Shown here in pieces: positions 39,100-48,315 of a stretch of 64,000 nucleotides of DNA (positions within the stretch are counted from its first letter, which is position 1; every line of letters begins with the position of its first letter). Both the position numbers and the translations under genes were made by a program. The notes under the pieces were generated by a model. That model was not told the DNA's origin. It saw only the letters and a program-made list of their open reading frames with translations, and did not search any database. The stretch lies in assembly GCF_043427715.1 (NCBI RefSeq), contig NZ_JBHWTD010000103.1:45730-109729 (forward strand), given 5' to 3'. The DNA comes from Microbacterium sp. (lineage in GTDB: Bacteria; Actinomycetota; Actinomycetes; Actinomycetales; Microbacteriaceae).

Positions 39100-39122
39100 T
39101 GGCGTGAGCGGGGAGCGGGGAC

Positions 39123-41009
39123 TCAGGCGTCCTGCTGAGCCCGCTTCAGGCGGTAGCGGAGCGCGGCGAGCTCGGCGTACAGGGCCGGCGGCACCTTGCC
39201 CTCGAAGGTCTGGTAGAACTCCTCGGTCAGGTCCGCCTCCTGCAGCCACAGCTGCGGGTCGATGTCGAAGAGCTCCTGAAGGTCCTCGGCCGGGACGTCC
39301 ACGCCCGCGAGGTTGAGGTCCTCGGTCTTCGGCAGACGCCCGATGGGGCTGTCCTCGGCGCCGACCGAACCGTCGATGCGGCGGATGATCCAGTCGATGA
39401 CGCGCGCGTTGTCACCGAATCCGGGCCACAGGAACCGGCCGTCGGAACCCTTGCGGAACCAGTTGACCTGGAAGATGCGCGGGGCGCGGTCGAAGCGGAG
39501 CGCCTGACCGACCTTCAGCCAGTGGCCGAAGTAGTCCGCCATGTTGTAACCGCAGAACGGGAGCATCGCGAACGGGTCGCGACGCAGTTCGCCGACGGTG
39601 CCCTCGGCTGCGGCGGTGCGTTCGGACGAGATGTTCGAGCCCATGAACACGCCGTGCGTCCAGTCGGTCGCCTCGACGACGAGCGGGACGTTCGTGGCGC
39701 GGCGGCCGCCGAACAGGATCGCGTCGAGCGGCACGCCCTCGGGGGCGTCCCAGTCCTCGGCGATCTGCGGGCACTGGCCGGCGCTCACCGTGAAGCGGGA
39801 GTTCGGGTGCGCGGCGGGCGTGCCGGACGCGGGCGTCCACGGCTTGCCCTGCCAGTCGGTGAGCTCGGCGGGCGCCTCGTCGGTCAGCCCCTCCCACCAC
39901 ACGTCACCGTCGGGGCGGAGCGCGACGTTCGTGAAGATCGTGTTGCCCCACAGCGTCTCGACGGCCGTGACGTTCGTGGACTCGCCGGTACCGGGCGCGA
40001 CGCCGAAGAAGCCGGCCTCGGGGTTGATCGCCCAGAGACGTCCGTCCTCGCCGGGACGCAGCCACGCGATGTCGTCGCCGAGGGTCTCGACGCGCCAGCC
40101 GGGGATGGTCGGACGGAGCATGGCGAGGTTCGTCTTGCCACAGGCCGAGGGGAAGGCGGCGGCCACGTGGTACGCCTTGCCCTTCGGGTCGATGACACGG
40201 ATGAGGAGCATGTGCTCGGCGAGCCAGCCCTCGTCACGGCCGATGACCGAGGCGATGCGCAGCGCGAAGCACTTCTTCGCGAGGATCGCGTTGCCGCCGT
40301 AGCCAGAGCCGTACGACCACACCTCGAGCGTGTCGGGGAAGTGCACGATGTACTTCTCGTCATTGCACGGCCACGGCTCGTCCTTCTGGCCCGGGGCCAG
40401 CGGCGCACCCACCGAGTGCACCGTCTTGACCCACGGCTTGCCGGCGGCGATCTGCTCGAGCACCGTGGTGCCGACGCGGGTCATGATGCCGATCGAGGTG
40501 ACGGCGTACGCACTGTCGGTGACCTGGACGCCGATGTGCGAGAGCGGGCCGCCGACGGCACCCATGGAGAAGGGGACGACGTACATCGTGCGACCCTTCA
40601 TGCTGCCGGCGAACAGCGGCGTGATGGTGGCGCGGATCTCGTCGGGCGCGACCCAGTTGTTCGTGGGGCCGGCGTCTTCGGGGCGCTCCGAGGCGATGAA
40701 GGTGCGGGCCTCGGTGCGGGCGACGTCGCTCGGGTGCGAACGGGCCAGGTAGGAGCCGGGACGCCACTCCGGGTTCAGCTTGATGAGCTTGCCCTCTTCG
40801 ACCTGCTCGCGCAGGAGCGCGTCGTTCTCGGCGCGCGAACCGTCGACCCAATGGATGCGGTCGGGCGTCGTGAGCGCGGCGATTTCATCGACCCACGCCT
40901 CGAGGGCGGCTATGCCCTCGCCGGTCAGTGCGGGGCGCACGCCGCGCGGCGCAACGACGGGGTTGGATCCGGTCGTGGTGGTGCGGGTGAAGAGGTCTGC
41001 GATGGCCAT
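39123..41009 (-). CDS. pckG: phosphoenolpyruvate carboxykinase (GTP)
   Basis: Kinase-1a motif [12 protein letters not shown] and GTP-PEPCK length and sequence throughout. ATG 41009 has the SD GAAGGAG. Confidence 0.95.
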   Translation of the reverse strand: MAIADLFTRTTTTGSNPVVAPRGVRPALTGEGIAALEAWVDEIAALTTPDRIHWVDGSRAENDALLREQVEEGKLIKLNPEWRPGSYLARSHPSDVARTEARTFIASERPEDAGPTNNWVAPDEIRATITPLFAGSMKGRTMYVVPFSMGAVGGPLSHIGVQVTDSAYAVTSIGIMTRVGTTVLEQIAAGKPWVKTVHSVGAPLAPGQKDEPWPCNDEKYIVHFPDTLEVWSYGSGYGGNAILAKKCFALRIASVIGRDEGWLAEHMLLIRVIDPKGKAYHVAAAFPSACGKTNLAMLRPTIPGWRVETLGDDIAWLRPGEDGRLWAINPEAGFFGVAPGTGESTNVTAVETLWGNTIFTNVALRPDGDVWWEGLTDEAPAELTDWQGKPWTPASGTPAAHPNSRFTVSAGQCPQIAEDWDAPEGVPLDAILFGGRRATNVPLVVEATDWTHGVFMGSNISSERTAAAEGTVGELRRDPFAMLPFCGYNMADYFGHWLKVGQALRFDRAPRIFQVNWFRKGSDGRFLWPGFGDNARVIDWIIRRIDGSVGAEDSPIGRLPKTEDLNLAGVDVPAEDLQELFDIDPQLWLQEADLTEEFYQTFEGKVPPALYAELAALRYRLKRAQQDA

Positions 41010-41084
41010 CCGGCGCTCCTTCGGTGGTGGGCGTATCTCCACATTGCCTTCGCCGCAGAGGTTCCTTCCGGGAAATCAGGCGCC

Positions 41085-41100
41085 AAGAATCGCGATTCTT
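41085..41100. promoter_or_regulatory. Perfect 16-bp palindrome AAGAATCGCGATTCTT
   Basis: It lies 5 nt upstream of the -10-like TACGCT of the regulator gene and 75 nt upstream of the pckG ATG. Confidence 0.5.
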
Positions 41101-41105
41101 TCCAC

Positions 41106-41111
41106 TACGCT
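41106..41111 (+). promoter_or_regulatory. -10-like TACGCT, 6 nt before the ATG of the RamB-like regulator gene (leaderless arrangement)
   Basis: Reads TACGCT-caagat-ATG. Confidence 0.45.
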
Positions 41112-41117
41112 CAAGAT

Positions 41118-42557
41118 ATGGCCACTCCGATCGAGCTTTCCACCCTGGGACACCGCATCCGCCATCACCGGATGGAGAACGGGTTCACGCTCGACGAGCT
41201 CGGTGCGATCGTCGGAGTCGCGGGCAGCCAGCTCTCCCTCATCGAGAACGGCAAGCGGGAGCCGAAGCTGTCCCTCCTCCAGGCGATCGCGAGCGCGACC
41301 GGGACCGACGTGACCGACCTCCTTTCCGCGGAGCCGCCCAACCGCCGGGCGGCGCTCGAACTCGAACTCGAACGTGCCCAGCAGAGCCCGGTGTTCCGGC
41401 GGCTGGGAGTCGCGCCGGTCAAGGTCACCAAGACGATGTCGGACGAGACGATCGAGGGCATCCTCGCGCTCCACCGCGAGCTCGACCGACGCGAACGCGA
41501 GGCCATCGCCACCCCCGAGGAGGCACGTCGTGCCAACACCGAACTGCGGCTGCGGATGCGCGACCAGGCCAATTACCTGCCCGACATCGAGAAGCTCGCC
41601 GAGAAGCAGCTGAAGGCGGCCGGCCACACGAGCGGCGCGCTGACCCACCGCACCGTGAGCATCATGGCCGAGCAGCTCGGCTTCGAGCTGATCTACGCGA
41701 GCGACCTCCCTCATTCGGCTCGCTCGGTCACCGATCTGGAGAACGGCCGCATCTACCTGCCGCCCGCCTCCATCCCCGGCGGTCACGGCCTGCGGTCGAT
41801 GGCCCTCCAGGCGATGGCCCACCGTCTGCTCGGGCACACTCCACCGACCGATTACGCCGACTTCCTGCAGCAGCGACTCGAGATCAACTACTACGCGGCG
41901 GCCGCGCTGATGCCGGAGACGGCGTCGGTCGCGTTCCTCAGCCAGGCGAAGAAGGACCGCAACCTCGCGGTCGAGGATTTCCGCGATGCGTTCGGCGTGA
42001 CCCATGAAGCGGCGGGGATGCGCCTGACCAATCTGGCGACCGAACATCTCGGCATCCGACTGCACTTCCTCCGCGTCGACGGCACGGGCGCGATCAGCCG
42101 TGTCTACGAAAACGACGGTCTCCCCCTCCCGATGGATGTGACGGGAGCCGTCGAGGGCCAGATGGTGTGCCGCAAGTTCGCTGCGCGCTCGGCCTTCGCG
42201 GAGCAGAACCGCACGACCGAGCACTACCAGTACACCGACACCCCCAGCGGGACGTTCTGGTGCTCCAGCCAGACCGGCTCGACGACGGACGGCGAGTTCT
42301 CCATCACTGTCGGGGTTCCCTTCGACGACGCACGCTGGTTCCGCGGTCGCGAGACGCAGAAGCGGGCGACCTCGACCTGCCCCGACGTCGCCTGCTGCCG
42401 TCGACCGGATGCCGACCTGACGCGGCGCTGGGAGGGCAAGGCGTGGCCGAGCGCCCGCGTCCACATGCAGATGTTCTCGCCGCTGCCGGCCGGGTCCTTT
42501 CCGGGGGTGGACGACGGCGAGGTCTACGCCTTCCTCGACCGGCACGCCGGCGGCTGA
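41118..42557 (+). CDS. RamB/PrpR-type (short-chain fatty acyl-CoA regulator family) transcriptional regulator
   Basis: XRE HTH (FTLDELGAIVGVAGSQLSLIENGKREP), a central ImmA/IrrE-like DUF955 region (MAHRLLGH), and a C-terminal Cys-containing domain (MVCRKF, FWCSS, CPDVACC). Only the last 479 codons of ORF 39522..42557 are taken. Confidence 0.8.
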   Translation: MATPIELSTLGHRIRHHRMENGFTLDELGAIVGVAGSQLSLIENGKREPKLSLLQAIASATGTDVTDLLSAEPPNRRAALELELERAQQSPVFRRLGVAPVKVTKTMSDETIEGILALHRELDRREREAIATPEEARRANTELRLRMRDQANYLPDIEKLAEKQLKAAGHTSGALTHRTVSIMAEQLGFELIYASDLPHSARSVTDLENGRIYLPPASIPGGHGLRSMALQAMAHRLLGHTPPTDYADFLQQRLEINYYAAAALMPETASVAFLSQAKKDRNLAVEDFRDAFGVTHEAAGMRLTNLATEHLGIRLHFLRVDGTGAISRVYENDGLPLPMDVTGAVEGQMVCRKFAARSAFAEQNRTTEHYQYTDTPSGTFWCSSQTGSTTDGEFSITVGVPFDDARWFRGRETQKRATSTCPDVACCRRPDADLTRRWEGKAWPSARVHMQMFSPLPAGSFPGVDDGEVYAFLDRHAGG

Positions 42558-42596
42558 GCGTCAGCCGACCAGGAAGGCCCGGTATCGCTCGAGCCC

Positions 42597-42854
42597 ATCC
42601 TCGACGCGATCGACCGGGGTCCGACCCCACAGGTGGGCGACGGGCGGATCGCCGAGACGTCCGGCGGCCAACGAATGCGACCATGTGCCGACGACGACAC
42701 CGCGATCGCGGCGGTGGACGGGGTGGACGGGGTGTTCGTCGGGCCGTCGGACCTCGCCGCGTCGATGGGGCTGCTCGGTCAGCAGACCCACCCCGAGGCG
42801 CTCGCACAGAGATGGGTCACCGCGCAGGGGCCGGTGGAGCGGGACTCGTACTGA
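42597..42854 (+). pseudogene. Remnant of an HpcH/HpaI-family aldolase gene (central fragment only)
   Basis: [31 protein letters not shown] matches the conserved aldolase block. There is no N-terminal half, and the C-terminus degenerates into a stop. Confidence 0.45.
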
Positions 42855-42988
42855 CGCGCCGGCACCGGCGGAGGTGACATCGGTGTAACAAACCGTCGCC
42901 ACCCGCACCACGCGCGGGTGTCTCGCGTCAGAATGATCGACGGCACCGGCCGACAGCAACGGCCGCCACTCACCCCCCGGAGGCCCAC

Positions 42989-43852
42989 ATGTCCCGTCGT
43001 CCCGCTCTGCGCACCGTCCTGCTCGCGACCGCCGCAGCCGCCGCCCTCACCCTCGCCGGGTGCGCGACGGGTGCCGCCGACACACCCGAAGAGACGACGG
43101 ATGCCGCCGGCCCCGCGCCCGAGGACTTCGTGACGCCCGGTGTGTTCACCGTCGCCACCGGCGAGACGGCGTACGAGCCGTACGTCATCGGCGACGACCC
43201 CGAGTCGGGCGAAGGCTTCGAAGCCGCCGTCGCGTACGCCGTCGCCGAGGAGCTCGGCTTCTCCGCCGACGAGGTCGAGTGGGTGCGGACGAGCTTCGAG
43301 TCGGCCATCGCCCCGGGCCCGAAGAACTTCGACGTGAACATCCAGCAGTACACGATCACCGAGGAGCGCAAGCAGGGCGTCGATTTCTCGTCGCCGTACT
43401 ACGCCGCCAGCCAGTCGATCGTCGCCATCAAGGGCGGCGCCGCCGACGGCGTCACCGATGTCGCGGGCCTCAAGGACCTCGTGATCGGAGCGATGGCGAA
43501 CTCCACGAGCGCCCTGACCCTCGAGGCCTTGGACGCCGGCATCGAGCCGAAGCTGTACAACTCGAACGAGGATGCCACGGCCGCGCTCGGCGCGGGTCAG
43601 ATCGACGCCATCGTCCTCGACACCCCCACGGCCTACGTCGCGGTCAACTTCTACATCGAGGACTCGTTCTTCGTCGGCGAGCTGCCCAAGGCCGGCATCG
43701 AGGACGAGTGGGGCATGCTCCTGGCGAAGGACTCCCCGCTCACCGACGACGTGAGCGCCGCCGTCGACGCGCTCCGCGAGGACGGCACCCTCGCCGCGCT
43801 CGAAGAGGAGTGGCTGTCGGGCCTCACGGAAGGCGTGACGCAGCTGCAGTGA
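42989..43852 (+). CDS. polar amino-acid ABC transporter substrate-binding lipoprotein (family 3)
   Basis: Signal peptide with lipobox LTLAGC, and the SD GGAGG. The sequence is SBP_bac_3-like. Confidence 0.85.
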   Translation: MSRRPALRTVLLATAAAAALTLAGCATGAADTPEETTDAAGPAPEDFVTPGVFTVATGETAYEPYVIGDDPESGEGFEAAVAYAVAEELGFSADEVEWVRTSFESAIAPGPKNFDVNIQQYTITEERKQGVDFSSPYYAASQSIVAIKGGAADGVTDVAGLKDLVIGAMANSTSALTLEALDAGIEPKLYNSNEDATAALGAGQIDAIVLDTPTAYVAVNFYIEDSFFVGELPKAGIEDEWGMLLAKDSPLTDDVSAAVDALREDGTLAALEEEWLSGLTEGVTQLQ

Positions 43853-43860
43853 CCGCGCGC

Positions 43861-43866
43861 TAGCGT
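43861..43866 (+). promoter_or_regulatory. -10-like TAGCGT, 6 nt before the permease GTG (possible internal leaderless start)
   Basis: Reads TAGCGT-cgatcc-GTG. It lies in a 20-nt intercistronic gap, so it may be coincidental. Confidence 0.3.
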
Positions 43867-43872
43867 CGATCC

Positions 43873-44718
43873 GTGAGTACCTTCGTCCCGAGCCAGCTCG
43901 AACTCGAGCGGCGCGCGTATCGCCGCGGCCGCCAGTTACGGTCGGTGCTGATCGCCGCGGCATCCACTCTCGCCTTCGCGCTCATCGTGTGGATCACGGT
44001 GATCAACACCGAGGGCTGGGCGACGGTGCAGCGCACGTTCTTCGACCCGGAGATCGCACTGCAGGCGCTGCCCAAGGTCTGGCACGGCTTCCTGCTCAAC
44101 CTCCAGGTGCTGGTGATCTCGCTCTTCACCGTCGGTCTGAGCGCGCTCGCGATCGCGCTGCTGCGCACCCTCCGCGGGCCGGTGTTCTTCCCGATCCGGG
44201 CGCTCGCGGCCGGCTACACGGATCTGTTCCGGGGACTGCCGTTCGTCATCGTGCTGTACCTGGTGGGCTTCGGGCTGCCGACGATCCTGAACGAGCGGAT
44301 CAACGAGGTCGTCCTCGGCGTCATCGCGGTCACGCTGACCTACTCGGCGTACGTGGCCGAGGTGATCCGGGCGGGAATCGAGTCGGTGCACCCGTCACAG
44401 CGGCTGGCGGCGCGCGCGCTCGGGCTCAGCCACGTGCAGACCCTCCGCAGGGTGGTCCTCCCCCAAGCGCTTCGGCGCATGACGCCGCCGCTGATGAACG
44501 ACTTCATCTCGATGCAGAAGGACGTCGGCCTCATCTCGATCCTCGCCGCGCTCGACGCGATCGCGAGCGCGAAGAGCGTCGTCGCCCTCACCTACAACTT
44601 CACCCCGTACGTCGTCGCGGGCGTGCTGTTCGTCCTCCTGGCGATCCCGACGATCCGGCTGACCGACTGGTACACCGCGAAGCTCCGCGAGCGCGAGCAG
44701 ACGGGATCGATCCTGTGA
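43873..44718 (+). CDS. amino-acid ABC transporter permease (His/Glu/Gln/Arg/opine family)
   Basis: The polytopic protein carries the conserved GYTDLFRGLPFVIVLY and EAA-loop-like region SQRLAARALGLS. Confidence 0.85.
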   Translation: MSTFVPSQLELERRAYRRGRQLRSVLIAAASTLAFALIVWITVINTEGWATVQRTFFDPEIALQALPKVWHGFLLNLQVLVISLFTVGLSALAIALLRTLRGPVFFPIRALAAGYTDLFRGLPFVIVLYLVGFGLPTILNERINEVVLGVIAVTLTYSAYVAEVIRAGIESVHPSQRLAARALGLSHVQTLRRVVLPQALRRMTPPLMNDFISMQKDVGLISILAALDAIASAKSVVALTYNFTPYVVAGVLFVLLAIPTIRLTDWYTAKLREREQTGSIL

Positions 44719-45449
44719 CCGACGTGCTCCGCGCCACCGGCATCCGCAAGTCCTTCGGCGAACGCGAGGTGCTCGCCGGGGTCGACGTCTCGCTCGCGCA
44801 GCACGAGGTCGTCGCCCTCATCGGGGCGAGCGGGTCGGGCAAGTCGACGCTGCTGCGCTGCCTGGGGCTCCTCGAGCCGATCGACGACGGCCAAATCTTC
44901 CTCGGCGACGAGGACATCTCCGACCCCCGCATCGACGGGAACCGGGTGCGCGCCCGCTTCGGCGCGGTGTTCCAGAGCTTCAACCTGTTCCCGCACCTGT
45001 CGGTGCTCGAGAACATCACCCTCGCTTCGAGGGTCGTGCACCGGATGCCGCGACGCGACGCCGAGGCTCGCGCGATCGAGCTGCTGGCGCGGGTCGGCCT
45101 TGCCGACAAGGCCGGCGCCCACCCCGATCGGCTCTCGGGCGGTCAGCAGCAGCGCGTCGCGATCGCCCGCGCGATCGCGACTGACCCGGAGGTGCTGCTG
45201 CTCGACGAGATCACCTCGGCGCTGGACCCGGAGCTCGTCGGTGAAGTGCTGGAGCTCGTCCGCGACCTGGCGTCCGAAGGCGCGACGATCCTCATGGCGA
45301 CCCACGAGATGGCGTTCGCCCGCGACGTCGCCGACCGAGTCGTCTTCCTCGACGCCGGCACGATCGTCGAGCAAGGGCCGCCGGCGGCTGTGCTGCGGCA
45401 TCCGCGTGAGGAGCGCACCCGCGCCTTCCTCGCCCGTTTCACCGCCTGA
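44715..45449 (+). CDS. amino-acid ABC transporter ATP-binding protein
   Basis: The GTG overlaps the permease stop (GTGA). Motifs GASGSGKST, LSGGQQQRVAIARA and LLLDEITSALD. Confidence 0.9.
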   Translation: MTDVLRATGIRKSFGEREVLAGVDVSLAQHEVVALIGASGSGKSTLLRCLGLLEPIDDGQIFLGDEDISDPRIDGNRVRARFGAVFQSFNLFPHLSVLENITLASRVVHRMPRRDAEARAIELLARVGLADKAGAHPDRLSGGQQQRVAIARAIATDPEVLLLDEITSALDPELVGEVLELVRDLASEGATILMATHEMAFARDVADRVVFLDAGTIVEQGPPAAVLRHPREERTRAFLARFTA

Positions 45450-45483
45450 CGCCCGCCGCGCCCGCCCGGCGCTCCTGCTCTGA

Positions 45484-45557
45484 ATTGCAATGGATGCCGC
45501 GCGACACGCGGCACCCATCAGCCAACCGTCGGCGCGTCGCGCACGATCCATTGCGAT
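45484..45557. repeat. 74-nt inverted-repeat structure with AT-rich 12-nt arms
   Basis: ATTGCAATGGAT ... ATCCATTGCGAT pairs 11/12, with the remaining position a G-U pair on the plus-strand RNA. The arms enclose GCCGCG-cgaca-CGCGGC. It lies between convergent genes. Confidence 0.4.
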
Positions 45558-45573
45558 CGCGCGCGCCGCGGAC

Positions 45574-46464
45574 TCAGGCGCGCAGGCCCGCCTGGCGCTC
45601 GGCGACCTCGACGACGTTGGTCATGAGGAGCGCGACCGTCATGGGGCCGACGCCGCCGGGGTTCGGAGATAGGAAACCCGCGACGTCTGCGACGTCGGGG
45701 TGCACGTCGCCGTAGACGCGGCTCTTGCCGGTCTCGGGGTCGTCTTCGCGGGTCACGCCGACGTCGAGCACGGCGGCGCCGGGCTTGACGTGCTCGGCGC
45801 GGACGATGTGCTTCACGCCCGCAGCGGCGACGATGACGTCGGCCTGGCGCAGGTGCTCCCCCAGGTCGGTGGTGCCGGTGTGGGTGAGGGTGACGGTCGC
45901 GTTGTACTCGCGCCGCGTGAGCAGCAGGCCGATGGAGCGGCCGATCGTGACGCCGCGGCCGACGACGACCACGTGCTTGCCGTTCAGGTCGTAGCCGTTG
46001 CGCAGCAGCAGCTCGATCACGCCGCGCGGCGTGCACGGCAGCGGCGACGCGATCGGGGTGTTGACGTTGAGCACGAGGCGCCCGAGGTTCGTCGGGTGGA
46101 GGCCGTCAGCATCCTTCTCGGGGTCGATCCGCTCCAGGATCCGGTCGGTGTCGAGGTGCTTCGGCAGCGGAAGCTGCACGATGTAGCCGTGGCACGCGGG
46201 GTCGGCGTTGAGCTCATCGATCAGCGCCTCGACCTGCTCCTGCGTCGCGTCGGCGGGGAGCTCGCGCTGGATCGAGTTCATCCCGATCGCCTCAGACTGC
46301 CGGTGCTTCATGCCGACGTACAGCTGGGATGCCGGGTCGGCACCGACGAGGACCGTCGCGATGCCAGGCGTCACGCCGTGCTCCTTCAGCACCGCGACGC
46401 GCTCGGCGAGCTCGGTCTTGATCGCGGCCGACGCCGCCTTGCCGTCGAGGACGCGAGCGGTCAC
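45574..46464 (-). CDS. folD: bifunctional methylenetetrahydrofolate dehydrogenase / methenyltetrahydrofolate cyclohydrolase
   Basis: [12 protein letters not shown]...[18 protein letters not shown] and GRSIGLLL motifs. GTG 46464 overlaps the glyA stop (GTGA). Confidence 0.9.
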   Translation of the reverse strand: MTARVLDGKAASAAIKTELAERVAVLKEHGVTPGIATVLVGADPASQLYVGMKHRQSEAIGMNSIQRELPADATQEQVEALIDELNADPACHGYIVQLPLPKHLDTDRILERIDPEKDADGLHPTNLGRLVLNVNTPIASPLPCTPRGVIELLLRNGYDLNGKHVVVVGRGVTIGRSIGLLLTRREYNATVTLTHTGTTDLGEHLRQADVIVAAAGVKHIVRAEHVKPGAAVLDVGVTREDDPETGKSRVYGDVHPDVADVAGFLSPNPGGVGPMTVALLMTNVVEVAERQAGLRA

Positions 46465-47735
46465 TGCTGCAGGCCGGGGTACAGCGGGAAGGCGTCGGCG
46501 AGGGTCGCGACGCGCGCGCGGAGCGACTCGAGGTCGGCGCCGGGCTGCAGAGCCAGGGCGATGACGTCGGCGACCTCGGTGAACTCGGCATCGCCGAAGC
46601 CGCGGGTCGCGAGCGCCGGGGTTCCGATGCGCAGACCCGAGGTGACCATCGGCGGACGCGGGTCGTTCGGCACCGCGTTGCGGTTCACCGTGATGCGGAT
46701 CTCGTGCAGCAGGTCTTCGGCCTGCTTGCCGTCGATCGCGGCGTCACGCAGGTCGACGAGCACGAGGTGCACGTCGGTCCCGCCCGAGCGGATCGAGATG
46801 CCGGCATCCTTCACGTCCTGCTGCGAGAGCCGGTCGGCGAGGATCGCAGCTCCCCGGACGGTGCGCTCCTGACGCTCCTTGAACGCGTCGGTCGCGGCGA
46901 GCTTGAACGCCGTCGCCTTGGCGGCGATGACGTGCATGAGCGGACCGCCCTGCTGGCCGGGGAACACGGCGGAGTTGATCTTCTTCGCGATGTCGGCGTC
47001 GTTGGTGAGGATGAAGCCCGAACGCGGGCCGCCGATCGTCTTGTGCACCGTCGAGGAGACGACGTGCGCGTGCGGCACGGGCGACGGGTGCAGGCCCGCC
47101 GCGACGAGACCGGCGAAGTGCGCCATGTCTACCCACAGCAGTGCGCCGACCTCGTCGGCGATCGCACGGAAGGCGGCGAAGTCGAGCTGGCGGGGGTAGG
47201 CCGACCAGCCGGCGATGATGACCTTCGGCTTGTTCTCGATCGCGAGGCGGCGCACCTCGTCCATGTCGACGAGCGAGGTGTCGGCGTCGACGCCGTACGC
47301 GACGATGTTGTAGAGGCGGCCGGAGAAGTTGATCTTCATGCCGTGCGTCAGGTGACCGCCGTGGTCGAGCGACAGACCGAGCAGGGTGTCGCCGGGGCGG
47401 GCGATCGCGTGCAGCACGGCGGCGTTGGCGGAGGCACCGGAGTGCGGCTGGACGTTGGCGTATTCGGCGCCGAAGAGGGACTTCGCGCGGGAGATGGCGA
47501 GCTCCTCGGCGACGTCGACCTCCTCGCAGCCGCCGTAGTAGCGGCGGCCGGGGTAGCCCTCGGCGTACTTGTTCGTGAGCACCGAGCCCTGCGACTGCAG
47601 GACGGAGACGGGCACGAAGTTCTCCGAGGCGATCATCTCGAGGAATCCGCGCTGGCGGTCGAGCTCGCGCTCGAGGACCTCCGCGATCTCGGGGTCGACC
47701 TCGGCGAGCGGGGCGTTGAAGAGCGGATCGGTCAT
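46461..47735 (-). CDS. glyA: serine hydroxymethyltransferase
   Basis: Contains [33 protein letters not shown] and the PLP-Lys region [17 protein letters not shown] 47735 has the SD GGAG. The 1026-aa ORF-track version is rejected. Confidence 0.95.
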   Translation of the reverse strand: MTDPLFNAPLAEVDPEIAEVLERELDRQRGFLEMIASENFVPVSVLQSQGSVLTNKYAEGYPGRRYYGGCEEVDVAEELAISRAKSLFGAEYANVQPHSGASANAAVLHAIARPGDTLLGLSLDHGGHLTHGMKINFSGRLYNIVAYGVDADTSLVDMDEVRRLAIENKPKVIIAGWSAYPRQLDFAAFRAIADEVGALLWVDMAHFAGLVAAGLHPSPVPHAHVVSSTVHKTIGGPRSGFILTNDADIAKKINSAVFPGQQGGPLMHVIAAKATAFKLAATDAFKERQERTVRGAAILADRLSQQDVKDAGISIRSGGTDVHLVLVDLRDAAIDGKQAEDLLHEIRITVNRNAVPNDPRPPMVTSGLRIGTPALATRGFGDAEFTEVADVIALALQPGADLESLRARVATLADAFPLYPGLQQ

Positions 47736-47778
47736 GGCGTACTCCTGACGACGGCTTTCGGGATGAGAATCTCGCATC

Positions 47779-47858
47779 GGCCCAGGCGCGCGGTCGAATG
47801 CCGTGTCAATCGCTCCCCGGTGGTGGCCCACCTCAGACGCCAGTCGCGACACCCTGAG
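47779..47858 (-). promoter_or_regulatory. ZTP riboswitch (pfl motif)
   Basis: The minus strand reads GGGTGTCGCGACTGGCGtctgaGGTGGGccACCACCGGGGAGC ...linker... CCGCGCGCCTGGGCC. This matches the two ZTP sub-domains, including the CCGCCTGGGC-type pseudoknot strand. It lies upstream of glyA-folD. Confidence 0.75.
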
Positions 47859-47907
47859 CATATCGGATGCCGCGTCGCGGCGGGGCAGGCTCGGCAGCCC
47901 CGCCCCG

Positions 47908-47913
47908 TAGGAT
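47908..47913 (+). promoter_or_regulatory. -10-like TAGGAT, 6 nt before the ATG of the DUF2568-like gene (leaderless arrangement)
   Basis: Reads TAGGAT-cgaggc-ATG. Confidence 0.5.
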
Positions 47914-47919
47914 CGAGGC

Positions 47920-48315
47920 ATGTCCGACCTCCCCACCGTGCGTCCCGAGAAGCCGGCCGAGCCCCTCCCCGCCGGCACCCGCGCCCCGCTGTCGGTCATC
48001 GACATCCTCAGCCTGCTCTGCGCCCTGTTCGCCGTCGGCACCCTCGCCGTGTGGGGCTTCACGGCCTGGGACCTGCCGTGGAACATCATCGTCGGCATCG
48101 CCGCACCTTTGGGCGCCCTGGTCCTCTGGGGCCTCGTCGTCTCGCCGCGGCCCGTGCTTCGCGTGCACCCCTTCGTCCGCGGCCTCGTCGAACTCCTCAT
48201 CGCCCTGTCGGCCACCATCGTCTGGTGGAGCGCCGGCCAGGCCTGGGTGGGCCTCGGTTTCGGCGTCATCGCCGTTGTCGTCGGCGTGCTGGTCGGACGC
48301 AAGCGCCTGTCGTGA
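47920..48315 (+). CDS. small membrane protein (YrdB/DUF2568-like)
   Basis: 131 aa with four hydrophobic helices. Its stop overlaps the next gene (GTGA). Confidence 0.6.
   Translation: MSDLPTVRPEKPAEPLPAGTRAPLSVIDILSLLCALFAVGTLAVWGFTAWDLPWNIIVGIAAPLGALVLWGLVVSPRPVLRVHPFVRGLVELLIALSATIVWWSAGQAWVGLGFGVIAVVVGVLVGRKRLS

Noticed and set aside
42561-42959. 132-aa minus-strand ORF in the gap after the RamB-like gene
   Set aside because: It has no SD or leaderless geometry and an implausible composition. It overlaps the plus-strand aldolase-like remnant, which has the recognisable conserved block.
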